DNA of 64,000 nucleotides from Octopus vulgaris (GCA_951406725.2 OX597820.1:25296001-25360000); one strand, 5' to 3'. Counted from the first letter of the stretch, positions 35,601 through 49,011 are shown. Notes: a model not told the origin generated them from the letters alone. Program-made: numbers and translations.

Positions 35601-38600
35601 GAGAGCTAAGCAAGGAGTGAGAGCTAGGCAAGGAGTGAGAGCTAAGCAAGGAGTGAGAGCTAGGCAAGGAGTGAGAGCTAGGCAAGGAGTGAGAGCTAAG
35701 CAAGGAGTGAGAGCTAGGCAAGGAGTGAGAGCTAGGCAAGGAGTGAGAGCTAAGCAAGGAGTGAGAGCTAGGCAAGGAGTGAGAGCTAGGCAAGGAGTGA
35801 GAGCTAAGGCAAGGAGTGAGAGCTAAGCAAGGGTGAGAGCTAGGCAAGGAGTGAGAGCTAGGAGTGAGAGCTAAGCAAGGAGTGAGAGCTAGGCAAGGAG
35901 TGAGAGCTAAGGCAAGGAGTGAGAGCTAGGCAAGGAGTGAGAGCTAGGCAAGGAGTGAGAGCTAGGCAAGGAGTGAGAGCTAGGCAAGGAGTGAGAGCTA
36001 GGCAAGGAGTGAGAGCTAGGCAAGGAGTGAGAGCTAGGCAAGGAGTGAGAGCTAGGCAAGGAGTGAGAGCTAGGCAAGGAGTGAGAGCTAGGCAAGGAGT
36101 GAGAGCTAGGCAAGGAGTGAGAGCTAGGCAAGGAGTGAGAGCTAAGCAAGGAGTGAGAGCTAGGCAAGGAGTGAGAGCTAGGCAAGGAGTGAGAGCTAAG
36201 CAAGGAGTGAGAGCTAAGCAAGGAGTGAGAGCTAGGCAAGGAGTGAGAGCTAGGCAAGGAGTGAGAGCTAGGCAAGGAGTGAGAGCTAGGCAAGGAGTGA
36301 GATCTAGGCAAGGAGTGAGAGCTAAGCAAGGAGTGAGAGCTAAGCAAGGAGTGAGAGCTAGGCAAGGAGTGAGCTAAGCAAGGAGTGAGAGCTAGGCAAG
36401 GAGTGAGAGCTAAGCAAGGAGTGAGAGCTAGGCAAGGAGTGAGAGCTAGGCAAGGAGTGAGAGCTAGGCAAGGAGAGCTAAGCAAGGAGTGAGAGCTAAG
36501 CAAGGAGTGAGAGCTAGGCAAGGAGTGAGAGCTAGGCAAGGAGTGAGAGCTAGGCAAGGAGTGAGAGCTAGGCAAGGAGTGAGAGCTAAGGCAAGGAGTG
36601 AGAGCTAGGCAAGGAGTGAGAGCTAGGCAAGGAGTGAGAGCTAAGCAAGGAGTGAGAGCTAAGCAAGGAGTGAGAGCTAGGCAAGGAGTGAGAGCTAGGC
36701 AAGGAGTGAGAGCTAAGCAAGGGTGAGAGCTAAGCAAGGAGTGAGAGCTAGGCAAGGAGTGAGAGCTAAGCAAGGAGTGAGAGCTAAGCAAGGAGTGAGA
36801 GCTAGGCAAGGAGTGAGAGCTAAGCAAGGAGTGAGAGCTAGGCAAGGAGTGAGAGCTAGGCAAGGAGTGAGAGCTAAGCAAGGAGTGAGAGCTAGGCAAG
36901 GAGTGAGAGCTAAGCAAGGAGTGAGAGCTAAGCAAGGAGTGAGAGCTAGGCAAGGAGTGAGAGCTAAGCAAGGAGTGAGAGCTAGGCAAGGAGTGAGAGC
37001 TAAGCAAGGAGTGAGAGCTAGGCAAGGAGTGAGAGCTAGGCAAGGAGTGAGAGCTAGGCAAGGAGTGAGAGCTAGGCAAGGAGTGAGAGCTAAGCAAGGA
37101 GTGAGAGCTAGGCAAGGAGTGAGAGCTAGGCAAATAGTGAGCGCTAGGCAAGGAGTGAGAGCTAAGCAAGGAGTGAGAGCTAGGCAAGGAGTGAGAGCTA
37201 GGCAAGGAGTGAGAGCTAGGCAAGGAGTGAGAGCTAAGCAAGGAGTGAGAGCTAAGCAAGGAGTGAGAGCTAGGCAAGGAGTGAGCTAGGCAAGGAGTGA
37301 GAGCTAGGCAAGGAGTGAGAGCTAGGCAAGGAGTGAGAGCTAGGCAAGGAGTGAGAGCTAGGCAAGGAGTGAGAGCTAGGCAAGGAGTGAGAGCTAGGCA
37401 AGGAGTGAGAGCTAAGCAAGGAGTGAGAGCTAAGCAAGGAGTGAGAGCTAGGCAAGGAGTGAGAGCTAAGCAAGGAGTGAGAGCTAGGCAAGGAGTGAGA
37501 GCTAGGCAAGGAGTGAGATCTAAGCAAGGAGTGAGAGCTAGGCAAGGAGTGAGAGCTAGGCAAGGAGTGAGAGCTAGGCAAGGAGTGAGAGCTAGGCAAG
37601 GAGTGAGAGCTAGGCAAGGAGTGAGAGCTAAGCAAGGAGTGAGAGCTAAGCAAGGAGTGAGAGCTAGGCAAGGAGTGAGAGCTAGGCAAGGAGTGAGAGC
37701 TAAGCAAGGAGTGAGAGCTAGGCAAGGAGTGAGAGCTAGGCAAGGAGTGAGAGCTAAGCAAGGAGTGAGAGCTAGGCAAGGAGTGAGAGCTAGGCAAGGA
37801 GTGAGAGCTAGGCAAGGAGTGAGAGCTAGGCAAGGAGTGAGAGCTAGGCAAGGAGTGAGAGCTAGGCAAGGAGTGAGAGCTAGGCAAGGAGTGAGAGCTA
37901 GGCAAGGAGTGAGAGCTAGGCAAGGAGTGAGAGCTAGGCAAGGAGTGAGAGCTAGGCAAGGAGTGAGAGCTAGCAAGGAGTGAGAGCTAGGCAAGGAGTG
38001 AGAGCTAGGCAAGGAGTGAGAGCTAGGCAAGGAGTGAGAGCTAAGCAAGGAGTGAGAGCTAGGCAAGGAGTGAGAGCTAGGCAAGGAGTGAGAGCTAAGC
38101 AAGGAGTGAGAGCTAGGCAAGGAGTGAGAGCTAGGCAAGGAGTGAGAGCTAAGCAAGGAGTGAGAGCTAGGCAAGGAGTGAGAGCTAAGCAAGGAGTGAG
38201 AGCTAGGCAAGGAGTGAGAGCTAAGCAAGGAGTGAGAGCTAGGCAAGGAGTGAGAGCTAAGCAAGAGTGAGAGCTAGGCAAGGAGTGAGAGCTAGGCAAG
38301 GAGTGAGAGCTAGGCAAGGAGTGAGAGCTAGGCAAGGAGTGAGAGCTAGGCAAGGAGTGAGAGCTAGGCAAGGAGTGAGAGCTAGGCAAGGAGTGAGAGC
38401 TAGGCAAGGAGTGAGAGCTAGGCAAGGAGTGAGAGCTAGGCAAGGAGTGAGATCTAAGCAAGGAGTGAGAGCTAGGCAAGGAGTGAGAGCTAGGCAAGGA
38501 GTGAGAGCTAAGCAAGGAGTGAGAGCTAGGCAAGGAGTGAGATCTAAGCAAGAAGTGAGAGCTAAGCAAGGAGTGAGAGCTAGGCAAGGAGTGAGAGCTA

Positions 38601-41600
38601 GGCAAGGAGTGAGAGCTAGGCAAGGAGTGAGAGCTAGGCAAGGAGTGAGAGCTAAGCAAGGAGTGAGAGCTAGGCAAGGAGTGAGAGCTAGGCAAGGAGT
38701 GAGAGCTAAGCAAGGAGTGAGAGCTAGGCAAGGAGTGAGAGCTAGGCAAGGAGTGAGAGCTAAGCAAGGAGTGAGATCTAAGCAAGGAGTGAGAGCTAGG
38801 CAAGGAGTGAGAGCTAGGCAAGGAGTGAGAGCTAGGCAAGGAGTGAGAGCTAGGCAAGGAGTGAGAGCTAAGCAAGGAGTGAGAGCTAGGCAAGGAGTGA
38901 GAGCTAGGCAAATAGTGAGAGCTAGGCAAGGAGTGAGAGCTAGGCAAGGAGTGAGAGCTAGGCAAGGAGTGAGAGCTAGGCAAGGAGTGAGCGCTAGGCA
39001 AGGAGTGAGAGCTAAGCAGGAGTGAGAGCTAAGCAAGGAGTGAGAGCTAGGCAAGGAGTGAGAGCTAGGCAAGGAGTGAGAGCTAAGCAAGGAGTGAGAG
39101 CTAGGCAAGGAGTGAGAGCTAGGCAAGGAGTGAGAGCTAGGCAAGGAGTGAGAGCTAAGCAAGGAGTGAGAGCTAGGCAAGGAGTGAGAGCTAAGCAAGG
39201 AGTGAGAGCTAAGCAAGGAGTGAGAGCTAGGCAAGGAGTGAGAGCTAAGCAAGGAGTGAGAGCTAGGCAGGAGTGAGAGCTAGGCAAGGAGTGAGAGCTA
39301 GGCAAGGAGTGAGAGCTAAGCAAGGAGTGAGAGCTTGGCAAGGAGTGAGAGCTAAGCAAGGAGTGAGAGCTAGGCAAGGAGTGAGAGCTAGGCAAGGAGT
39401 GAGATCTAGGCAAGGAGTGAGAGCTAGGCAAGAGTGAGAGCTAAGCAAGGAGTGAGAGCTAGGCAAGGAGTGAGAGCTAAGCAAGGAGTGAGAGCTAGGC
39501 AAGGAGTGAGATCTAAGCAAGAAGTGAGAGCTAAGCAAGGAGTGAGAGCTAGGCAATGAGTGAGAGCTAGGCAAGGAGTGAGTGCTAGGCAAGGAGTGAG
39601 AGCTAGGCAAGGAGTGAGAGCTAAGCAAGGAGTGAGAGCTAGGCAAGGAGTGAGAGCTAAGCAAGGAGTGAGAGCTAAGCAAGGAGTGAGAGCTAGGCAA
39701 GGAGTGAGAGCTAGGCAAGGAGTGAGAGCTAAGCAAGGAGTGAGAGCTAGGCAAGGAGTGAGAGCTAAGCAAGGAGTGAGAGCTAGGCAAGGAGTGAGAG
39801 CTAAGCAAGGAGTGAGAGCTAGGCAAGGAGTGAGAGCTAGGCAAGGAGTGAGACCTAAGCAAGGAGTGAGAGCTAGGCAAGGAGTGAGAGCTAAGCAAGG
39901 AGTGAGAGCTAGGCAAGGAGTGAGAGCTAAGCAAGAGTGAGAGCTAAGCAAGGAGTGAGAGCTAGGCAAGGAGTGAGAGCTAGGCAAGGAGTGAGAGCTA
40001 GGCAAGGAGTGAGAGCTAAGCAGGAGTGAGAGCTAAGAAAGGAGTGAGAGCTAGGCAAGGAGTGAGAGCTAGGCATGTAGTGAGAGCTAGGCAAGGAGTT
40101 AGAGCTAAGCAAGGAGTGAGAGCTAAGCAAGGAGTGAGAGCTAGGCAAGGAGTGAGAGCTAGGCAAGGAGTGAGAGCTAGGCAAGGAGTGAGAGCTAAGC
40201 AAGGAGTGAGAGCTAGGCAAGGAGTGAGAGCTAGGCAAGGAGTGAGAGCTAGGCAAGGAGTGAGAGCTAGGCAAGGAGTGAGAGCTAAGCAAGGAGTGAG
40301 AGCTAAGCAAGGAGTGAGAGCTAGGCAAGGAGTGAGATCTAAGCAAGAAGTGAGAGCTAAGCAAGGAGTGAGATCTAAGCAAGGAGTGAGAGCTAGGCAA
40401 GGAGTGAGAGCTAGGCAAAGAGTGAGCGCTAGGCAAGGAGTGAGAGCTAGGCAAGGAGTGAGAGCTAAGCAAGGAGTGAGAGCTAGGCAAGGAGTGAGAG
40501 CTAGGCAAATAGTGAGCGCTAGGCAAGGAGTGAGAGCTAGGCAAGGAGTGAGAGCTAGGCAAGGAGTGAGAGCTAGGCAAGGAGTGAGCGCTAGGCAAGG
40601 AGTGAGAGCTAAGCAAGGAGTGAGAGCTAAGCAAGGAGTGAGAGCTAGGCAAGGAGTTAGAGCTAGGCAAGGAGTGAGCGCTAGGCAAGGAGTGAGAGCT
40701 AGGCAAGGAGTGAGAGCTAGGCAAGGAGTGAGAGCTAGGCAAGGAGTGGGATCTAAGCAAGGAGTGAGAGCTAGGCAAGAGTGAGAGCTAAGCAAGGAGT
40801 GAGAGCGAAGCAAGGAGTGAGAGCTAGGCAAGGAGTGAGAGCTAAGCAAGGAGTGAGTGCTAGGCAAGGAGTGAGAGCTAGGCAAGGAGTGAGAGCTAAG
40901 CAAGGAGTGAGAGCTAGGCAAGGAGTGAGAGCTAAGCAAGGAGTGAGAGCTAGGCAAGGAGTGAGAGCTAGGCAAGGAGTGAGAGCTAGGCAAGGAGTGA
41001 GATCTAAGCAAGGAGTGAGAGCTAGGCAAGAGTGAGAGCTAAGCAAGGAGTGAGAGCTAGGCAAGGAGTGAGAGCTAAGCAAGGAGTGAGAGCTAGGCAA
41101 GGAGTGAGAGCTAAGCAAGGAGTGAGAGCTAGGCAAGGAGTGAGAGCTAGGCAATGAGTGAGAGCTAGGCAAGGAGTGAGTGCTAGGCAAGGAGTGAGAG
41201 CTAGGCAAGGAGTGAGAGCTAAGCAAGGTGTGAGAGCTAGGCAAGGAGTGAGAGCTAAGCAAGGAGTGAGAGCTAAGCAAGGAGTGAGAGCTAGGCAAGG
41301 AGTGAGATCTAAGCAAGAAGTGAGAGCTAAGCAAGGAGAGAGCTAGGCAAGGAGTGAGAGCTAAGCAAGGAGTGAGAGCTAAGGCAAGGAGTGAGTGCTA
41401 GGCAAGGAGTGAGATCTAAGCAAGGAGTGACAGCTAGGCAAGAGTGAGACCTAAGCAAGGAGTGAGAGCTAGGCAAGGAGTGAGAGCTAAGCAAGGAGTG
41501 AGAGCTAGGCAAGGAGTGAGATCTAAGCAAGAAGTGAGAGCTAAGCAAGGAGTGAGAGCTAGGCAAGGAGTGAGAGCTAGGCAAGGAGTGAGAGCTAGGC

Positions 41601-42806
41601 AAGGAGTGAGAGCTAAGCAAGGAGTGAGAGCTAAGAAAGGAGTGAGAGCTAGGCAAGGAGTGAGAGCTAGGCATGTAGTGAGAGCTAGGTAAGGAGTTAG
41701 AGCTAAGCAAGGAGTGAGAGCTAAGCAAGGAGTGAGAGCTAGGCAAGGAGTGAGAGCTAGGCAAGGAGTGAGAGCTAGGCAAGGAGTGAGAGCTAAGCAA
41801 GGAGTGAGAGCTAGGCAAGGAGTGAGAGCTAGGCAAGGAGTGAGAGCTAGGCAAGGAGTGAGAGCTAGGCAAGGAGTGAGAGCTAAGCAAGGAGTGAGAG
41901 CTAAGCAAGGAGTGAGAGCTAAGCAAGGAGTGAGAGCTAACCTAGGAGTGAGAGCTAGGCAAGGAGTGAGAGCTAGGCAAGGAGTGAGAGCTAGGCAAGG
42001 AGTGAGAGCTAAGCAAGGAGTGAGAGCTAGGCAAGGAGTGAGAGCTAGGCAAAGAGTGAGAGCTAAGCAAGGAGTGAGAGCTAGGCAAGGAGTGAGAGCT
42101 AAGCAAGGAGTGAGAGCTAAGCTAGGAGAGAGCTAGGCAAGGAGTGAGAGCTAAGCTAGGAGTGAGAGCTAGGCAAGGAGTGAGAGCTAGGCAAGGAGTG
42201 AGAGCTAGGCAAGGAGTGAGAGCTAGGCCAGGAGTGAAAGCTAAGCAAGGAGTGATAGCTAGGCAAGGAGTGAGAGCTAAGCAAGGAGTGAGAGCTAGGC
42301 AAGGAGTGAGATCTAAGCAAGGAGTGAGAGCTAGGCAAGGAGTGAGAGCTAGGCAAGGAGTGAGAGCTATGCAAGGAGTGAGAGCTAGGCAAGGAGTGAG
42401 AGCTAGGCAAGGAGTGAGAGCTAAGCTAGGAGTGAGAGCTAGGCAAGGAGTGAGAGCTAAGCTATGAGTGAGAGCTAGGCAAGGAGTGAGAGCTAGGCAA
42501 GGAGTGAGAGCTAGGCCAGGAGTGAGAGCTAGGCAAGGAGTGAGAGCTAGGCAAGGAGTGAGGCTAAGCAAGGTGTGAGAGCTAGGCAAGGTAGTGAGAG
42601 CTAGGCAAGGAGTGAGAGCTAGGCAAGGAGTGTAGCTAAGCAAGGAGTGAGAGCTAGGCAAGGAGAGAGAGCTAGGCAAGGAGTGAGAGCTAAGCAAGGA
42701 GTGAGAGCTAGGCAAGGAGAGAGAGCTAGGCAAGGAGTGAGAGCTAAGCAAGGAGTGAGTGCTAGGCAAGGAGTGAGAGCTAGGCAAGGAGTGAGAGCTA
42801 GGCAAG
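32669..42806. repeat. ~10.1 kb tandem array of 18-bp unit GAGTGAGAGCTA(G/A)GCAAG, about 560 copies
   Basis: Directly visible; all ORFs from 32443 to 42862 are its translations. Confidence 0.98.
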
Positions 42807-42809
42807 TAA

Positions 42810-43622
42810 GTAACTTGAGTTGTAAGTAACTTGAGAGAAAAGTTGGACCTAAGAAGTATCAAATGTGGTGTGCAAGAGAGACGACTCCACTGGTATGATC
42901 ATGAGGCAAGAATGGATGAGGATTGCTTTGTGAAAAAGTGCCACACCCTAGTGGTTGAGGGAACCTGTGGAAGAGGTCGACCCAGGAAGGCCTGGGATGA
43001 GGTGGTGAATCACAACCTTTGAACATTAGGCCTCACCAAGGCACTCACTAGTAACCAAGACCTTTGGAAGTATGCTGTGCATGAGAAGACCCGGCAAGCC
43101 AAGTGAGACCATAACCCGTGGCCTATGCCAGGGGTGTAACCAGCCCACTTATGCGTACCTTTCCTTCAATGAACACTAAACTCTGCTTGCGAAGACCTGT
43201 TGAGGCAAGTGAAATCAAAATCAAATTAAATTTGATGACTGGTACCCATGCCAGTGGAGCACTAAGAGCACCATCCGAGCATGATTATTGCCAGAGCAGC
43301 TGACTGGCTTCCGTGCCGGTGGCACATGAAAGACCATTCAAGCAAGGTCGTTGCCAGTGCTGCTGGACTGGCTCCTGTGCAGGTGGCACATAAAAACACC
43401 ATTTGAGCATTACCAGTACTGCCTGACTGACCCTCGTGCCATGTAAAAGCACCCATTACACTCTCGGAGTGGTTGGCATTAGGAAGGTCATCCAGCTGTA
43501 GAAACTCTACCAGATCAGATTGGAGCCTGGTGCAGCCATCTGGTTCGCCAGTCCTCAGTCAAATTATCCAACCCATGCTAGCATGCAAAGCAGACGTTAA
43601 ACGATGATGATGATGATGATGA
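42810..43622 (+). mobile_element. RTE-clade LINE 3' end with 3' UTR and (GAT)n tail
   Basis: LREKLDLRSIKCGVQERRLHWY.H..RM....VKK.....VEG..GRGRPRK.W. Confidence 0.85.
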
Positions 43623-43734
43623 TATACACACACATACACACACACACACTCGCACCCTTCATTAAGTGTCAAGCTAATGTACTTTTTGTGCACATCCTCA
43701 CTGCCATTGCTTTTCTTTTTTTGTTTTATTATTA

Positions 43735-43774
<40 letters not shown>

Positions 43775-44171
43775 ATATATATATATATATATGTCGCAAT
43801 ATATAGATTCAAGTAACGTGACAGTGCTCGTAAGAAAAGCTCCTAAATGTGTCATTCTATAAAACATGAAATATATAATATTTTACAACAAGAAAAAATA
43901 ATGAGTGTATGAAGTCATAAATGACAGAGAATTCGATTTCTAACAAAGACTTTCTTTCACCTGAAGCCGTAGCTTAAATTCTGCATTAATTTGAAAGATT
44001 TTTTGTGTTTTGCATTAATGCAGATATCTAAGCAATTTATTTACTATCAAATCTGATAATATAAACTATCAATATATGTATGAGTTACGAAACAATTTGT
44101 CATATTAGAATTTTCTTATTGTTAAATAAAATTCCATCAAACTATTTCTCTCTCATTTATGACTTTATCTA

Positions 44172-44207
<36 letters not shown>

Positions 44208-44732
44208 TCCATTGTATGCATGTATATATCTATATCTATATAGATACCCTTTACTCTTTTACTTGTTTCAGTCATTTTGCCTGTTGCCATGTTGGAGCAC
44301 CGCCTTTAATTGAGAGCAACTCAAATCCAGGACTTAATTTTTGTAAGCCTAGTACTTATTCTATCGGTCTCTTTTGCCGAACTGCTAAGTTACGGGGACA
44401 TAAACACACCAGCATCAGCTGTCAAGCGATGTTGGGGGGACAAACACAGACACACAAACATACTCACACGCATACATACATATATATACATACATACAAC
44501 GGGCTTCTTTCAGTTTCCATCTTCCAAATCCACTCACAAGGCTTTGGTCGGCCCAAAGCTATAGAGGACACTTGCCCAAGGTGTCACGCAGTGGGACTGA
44601 ATCCGGAACCACACACTACTTACCACACAGCACTCCAATGCCTATCAAATAAAAAGGATTAAATCTGCCTTTTACATGCCACCGGCTCAGGAGCCAGTGA
44701 GGGGGCACATATATATAAATGTGTGTGTGTAC

Positions 44733-44842
<110 letters not shown>

Positions 44843-45298
44843 TGTTTGTGTGTGTATATAAGAGACTTCCATACACTTTCCCCCCTCTATCAAATTTACC
44901 CATGAAATTGTTCAACCTGGTATTATAGTAGATGATGCTTCTCTAAGTTACTGCACTGGACCCAAAAGGGAACTTCTTCACCGCCCAGCAATGCCTGCAC
45001 CTAAGATAATGCTATTTAGAATCAGAAATCTCCCAGCAATTCTTTTGACATAAGTATATCCTTTCGTTTATTCTTTTTCCTGTTTCAGTCATCAGACTGT
45101 GACCATGCTGGAGCACTGCTTTGACCTTTTAGATGAATGAATCAACCCCGGTGCTTATTTTGTAAAGCCTGGTATTTATCCTATTTGGTGTCTTTTTGCT
45201 GAGCTGCTAAGTTGTGGAGACATAGACACACCAGCACCAGTCATCAAGCAGTGGTGAGGGGACAAACATAGGCACAAAGACACACACACATAGATATA

Positions 45299-45522
45299 CA
45301 GGGTTGGCCAAAAGTCACCTGACAGTAAATCAAAAGCATTTAATTCCAAGATTTATTTATGTTTAACAACTGAATGGATTTAATAAAAGCATCTAAATAT
45401 GAAACATCATGAAAATTGTTCAAACTGAAGTCCTTCTTGAGCGACACATTTTTCCAAATGAATAAATGAAATTGAATATCAAGTATTTTGATTGGCTGTC
45501 AAGTGACTTTTGACCAACGCTG
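45299..45522. mobile_element. Tc1/mariner MITE nested in a family A SINE
   Basis: TA-CAGGGTTGGCCAAAAGTCACCTGACAG...CTGTCAAGTGACTTTTGACCAACGCTG-TA. Confidence 0.8.
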
Positions 45523-46667
45523 TATATACACATGCATATACAATAGGCTTCTTTCAGTTTCCGTTGACCAGATCCACTCACAAAGCTTTGGTCGACCTGA
45601 GGCTATAGTAGAAGACACAAGGTGCCACACAGAGGGACTGAATCCATAACCATGTGGTTGGGATCTTTTATCTTTTACTTGTTTCAGTTATTTGATTGTA
45701 GCCATGTGGGGCCACCTTCTCAAAAGGTTTTAATTGAACGAATCAACCCCAATGCTTGATTTTTCAAAAACTGATAGTTATTCTAATGGTTCTTTTGCTG
45801 AGCCACTAAGAAGGACTTACAACAAATCAACATCGGCACACACACACACACGCACGCATGCACACACACACAGAGCATCTAGGGATGCTGAGTATGGAAA
45901 TGAGCATTGTGATCCAGGTTTTCTAACCTCAAAGGAACCTTCCATTTACTAAATATATACACCTTAGGATCTCCTATATGACGCCTTAAGAAACTTCAAT
46001 CAATTAAGGTTATTCAAGCAATTAGGAGACAAAATCTCCCTTTACGTGTGTTTAAAAATACAAGAAGCCTGTAGGATCAGTTGGTCAACATTTCTGGACA
46101 ATATACACAATATGCTTTGGAATGGATGTTATCTTTATGACCACGCACGTTTCTGCTTCGTTAGATCTTCTCTGCCAACCGTATTCTGTGTAATTCATAA
46201 GATGACAAAAAATGTCAATGCGCGACCGCATCAAGTAGACAGGAAACTTTTACGTTTTGGGGAATTGGAAGTGCATAAGTACCTATGAGGTACATGTGTG
46301 ATGAGAAATATAATGAATCTTTAATTTTACGAATTCCTAAACATGCAACTTCGTTATCTCTCTTTCCTTTTCAGCAATGCGTCATGTTTCAGAAAATTTT
46401 CCTATTATGGGGAATAACTCTGTATGGAATAACCACGAGGATAATAAACTTTTCTGTGATAACATTTTGTAATACAAGTTCATGTTTATTTTAACATCCG
46501 GCCAAAAAAAAAAAAAAATGTAATAGGTGTAAAAAAAAATGTGTATTAAACGAATATGAAAGCAAAAATTTGCGCCAATGAACTGGGGCGGAGAGAGGAC
46601 TTTCGGAAATTTCACAAGATCCGATTTTTCTTTCATAACTTTGAGGAAAATGGATCTTTTAATGAAA

Positions 46668-47059
46668 CTAGCAGTATCGCCCAGAGTTGCTCGGGTTTGT
46701 TTCGACCCTTTAGAATTGGAATTTTTGAAAAGTAAAAATTTTGCATTATGTAGCTTGTTATTCTCTTTAAGTGAACATTTTTCTGGTTGAAATACACTGA
46801 AAAATGGCGACACAGCAGTCAAAGATCGTAAAAAATGGGGATTTTTATAGAAAAAAAGCACTTTTTTCTATGTAAATAATTTTTGGTGTTAACATGATCT
46901 GATTTGAATTTTTTCTTCTACGGAATGAAGAGCAAGCCTTCTTCTATCATACTCTCAATTTTGGTCAAGTTGCGCCGCAGGGTCTCGGAGGAGATAATGT
47001 TAGTTGAAGGTTATCAAACCTGCCATACACAGATAAATTCAGCTTTATATAGAGAGAGA
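46668..47059 (-). mobile_element. Non-autonomous Helitron (family 2) inserted in the Merlin relic
   Basis: TC...hairpin...CTAG ends at A|T; highly similar to 52266-52658. Confidence 0.8.
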
Positions 47060-47735
47060 TTTGGTGCTAGTGTAGAATGCGCTCTACCACGTTGTCAAAC
47101 AGTTCAGTTAATGAAGGAAACCAATCTTTCCATTATACGGATATGAACAATTAATTATGCAAGCTGAGCCTGAGTGAGATTTTAGAACTAATATTTTTCT
47201 TTTTGTCATGGATATACTTATGACTACAGCAGTGACTCTAACTGGAAAATCTAAAAATACAATAACTGACTGGTACAATATATGCCGCGAGGTGTGTGGA
47301 ACCTTAGTTTATCATGAACGGAGAGGGAAGATGGTTGGAACAAACGATAATCCCATTCAGATCGACGAAGCAAGATTTCCTGGTCGACGAAAATACAATT
47401 GAGGAAGATTTCTGAATGGCGACAACGCTCCTCTCTTCGAAGACAGTGGTGCAGAGCAACGAAACGAAAGGAACCATGGATGTAGAATTGATCAGTCATG
47501 GGATTTTGGTCTCAAACAAGGGTCAGATTGTCGATGCTTTTATGTTGAACGGCGTAACAGGAACAGTCTGATCTCAATTATTGAAAGAGAATGTGAAAAA
47601 GGTTCACTAATTCATTCAGATGAGTGGCTGGCTTATAATAATTTAAATGCCATAGGTTATCACCATCTGACAGTGAACCATCAACAATATTTTGTGGATT
47701 CAGTGAACGGAACACACACTCAGGCCATTAAGTGA
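47060..47735 (+). pseudogene. Merlin / DDE_Tnp_IS1595 transposase pseudogene
   Basis: TITDWYNICREVC...IQIDEARF...KYN*GR...WDFG...IHSDEWLAY...TVNHQQYFVDSVNGTHTQAIK* read through an in-frame TGA at 47400. Confidence 0.88.
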
Positions 47736-49011
47736 TCACAGAAGCTAAATCTATGATTTTGAAAAAAAATGATCTCTGAAATATCTGAAGTTTTTTAATC
47801 TCTGAAATATCTTAAATGTTTTATATCTGAAATATCTGAAAGGTCGGATAGATAACCCTGTTTGACACCGTGGTAGACCATATACTATACTAGCACCTGA
47901 AATTTTATATAAATACCTTTCAAACGGCATAGATTACGATTATAAAGAAAGTTCACACGATCCGATTTTTTCCCACAAAACTTTTAGGAAAATGAATATC
48001 TTTCAATGAAATTTTATATAAACACCTTTCAAACAGCATAGATTACGATCATAAAGAAATTTGAGGAAACATTTTTCCGAGGGAGAGGACTTTCGAAGAG
48101 AAATAAATTCATAGATTATTTTTTTGCATGACTATAAGGAAAAAAAGTTTGAAAAGAAAATTTTAGATTCATTTATTTTTCGTTCGAGTAATAGAAAAAG
48201 GTGTTAAAAAAGATCCCAACGGTAGCGATGTGCTAAAAACAACAGCTAAATCGCGCTTAACTTTTTCTTCATTGTGAAACCATATTCAACACCGTATTTA
48301 TGAATTTGTTTGTCTCACCATGATACATGGGATCTTTTATAAAACCCTTTTCTATTACTCAAATGAAAAATAAATAAATCTTAAAATTTTTTTTCCAAAC
48401 TTACTTTCATTACACTCAAGTAAAAAAAAAAACTTACGAATTTCTTTCTCATCGAAAATCCCCTCCCCACCGCCTCGGAAAAATTTTCCCCAGAAATTTC
48501 TTTATGATCGTATTCTATTTTTTGTTTCAAAGGTATTTATATAAAATTTCATTAAAAGACATCCATTTTTCTAAAAGTTATGTGGGAAAAACATCAAGTA
48601 TTGTGAATTTGCCAAAAGTCCTCTCCTTCCCCACCCCCGGTTCGTTGGCACAAATTTTTTTCATATTCGTTTAATACACATTTTTTTACACTTCTTACTC
48701 TTTTTTTTTTTTTTGAAGCCAGGTGTTAAAGTGAATATTAACCATACTATACACTGTTTAGGCTGCAAGTTGAGAGAAACGTTATCTGTTTTATTATTAC
48801 CCACAAGTTGAGAGAAACGTTATCGTGCCGGACAACATGCAACGCCGCCTTTTTTTTTTTTTTTTTGGCTTTACAATTTGAGTTCAAATTCCATTGGGAT
48901 CACCAATTTTTTTTTTTTTTTTTTTTTTACTTGAAATTCCGATATAATCGTAATCTACACCACCTGAAAGATATTTGTAGGAAATTTTATTAAAAATATA
49001 TCTCTGAAAGT

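Larger units (their letters stand above)
46477..48743 (+). mobile_element. Merlin (IS1595/ISXO2-like) DNA transposon relic with long TIRs
   Basis: About 190-bp inverted termini 46477-46667 / 48547-48743 enclosing a DDE transposase pseudogene. Confidence 0.7.

Noticed and set aside
32669-42806. CRISPR-like array
   Set aside because: No unique spacers, no cas genes, eukaryotic context.
32443-42862. Long ORFs up to 785 aa ((SSHSLP)n, (LALTPC)n, (VRARQG)n) as a structural or protamine-like gene
   Set aside because: They result from a stop-free 18-bp unit. Starts are mostly GTG/TTG, frames switch at indels, both strands are open and there are no unique coding flanks.
46046-46494. Plus-strand ORFs with splice-like sites as a second gene
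   Set aside because: No recognisable protein motif and no partner exons found; a lncRNA exon cannot be excluded.
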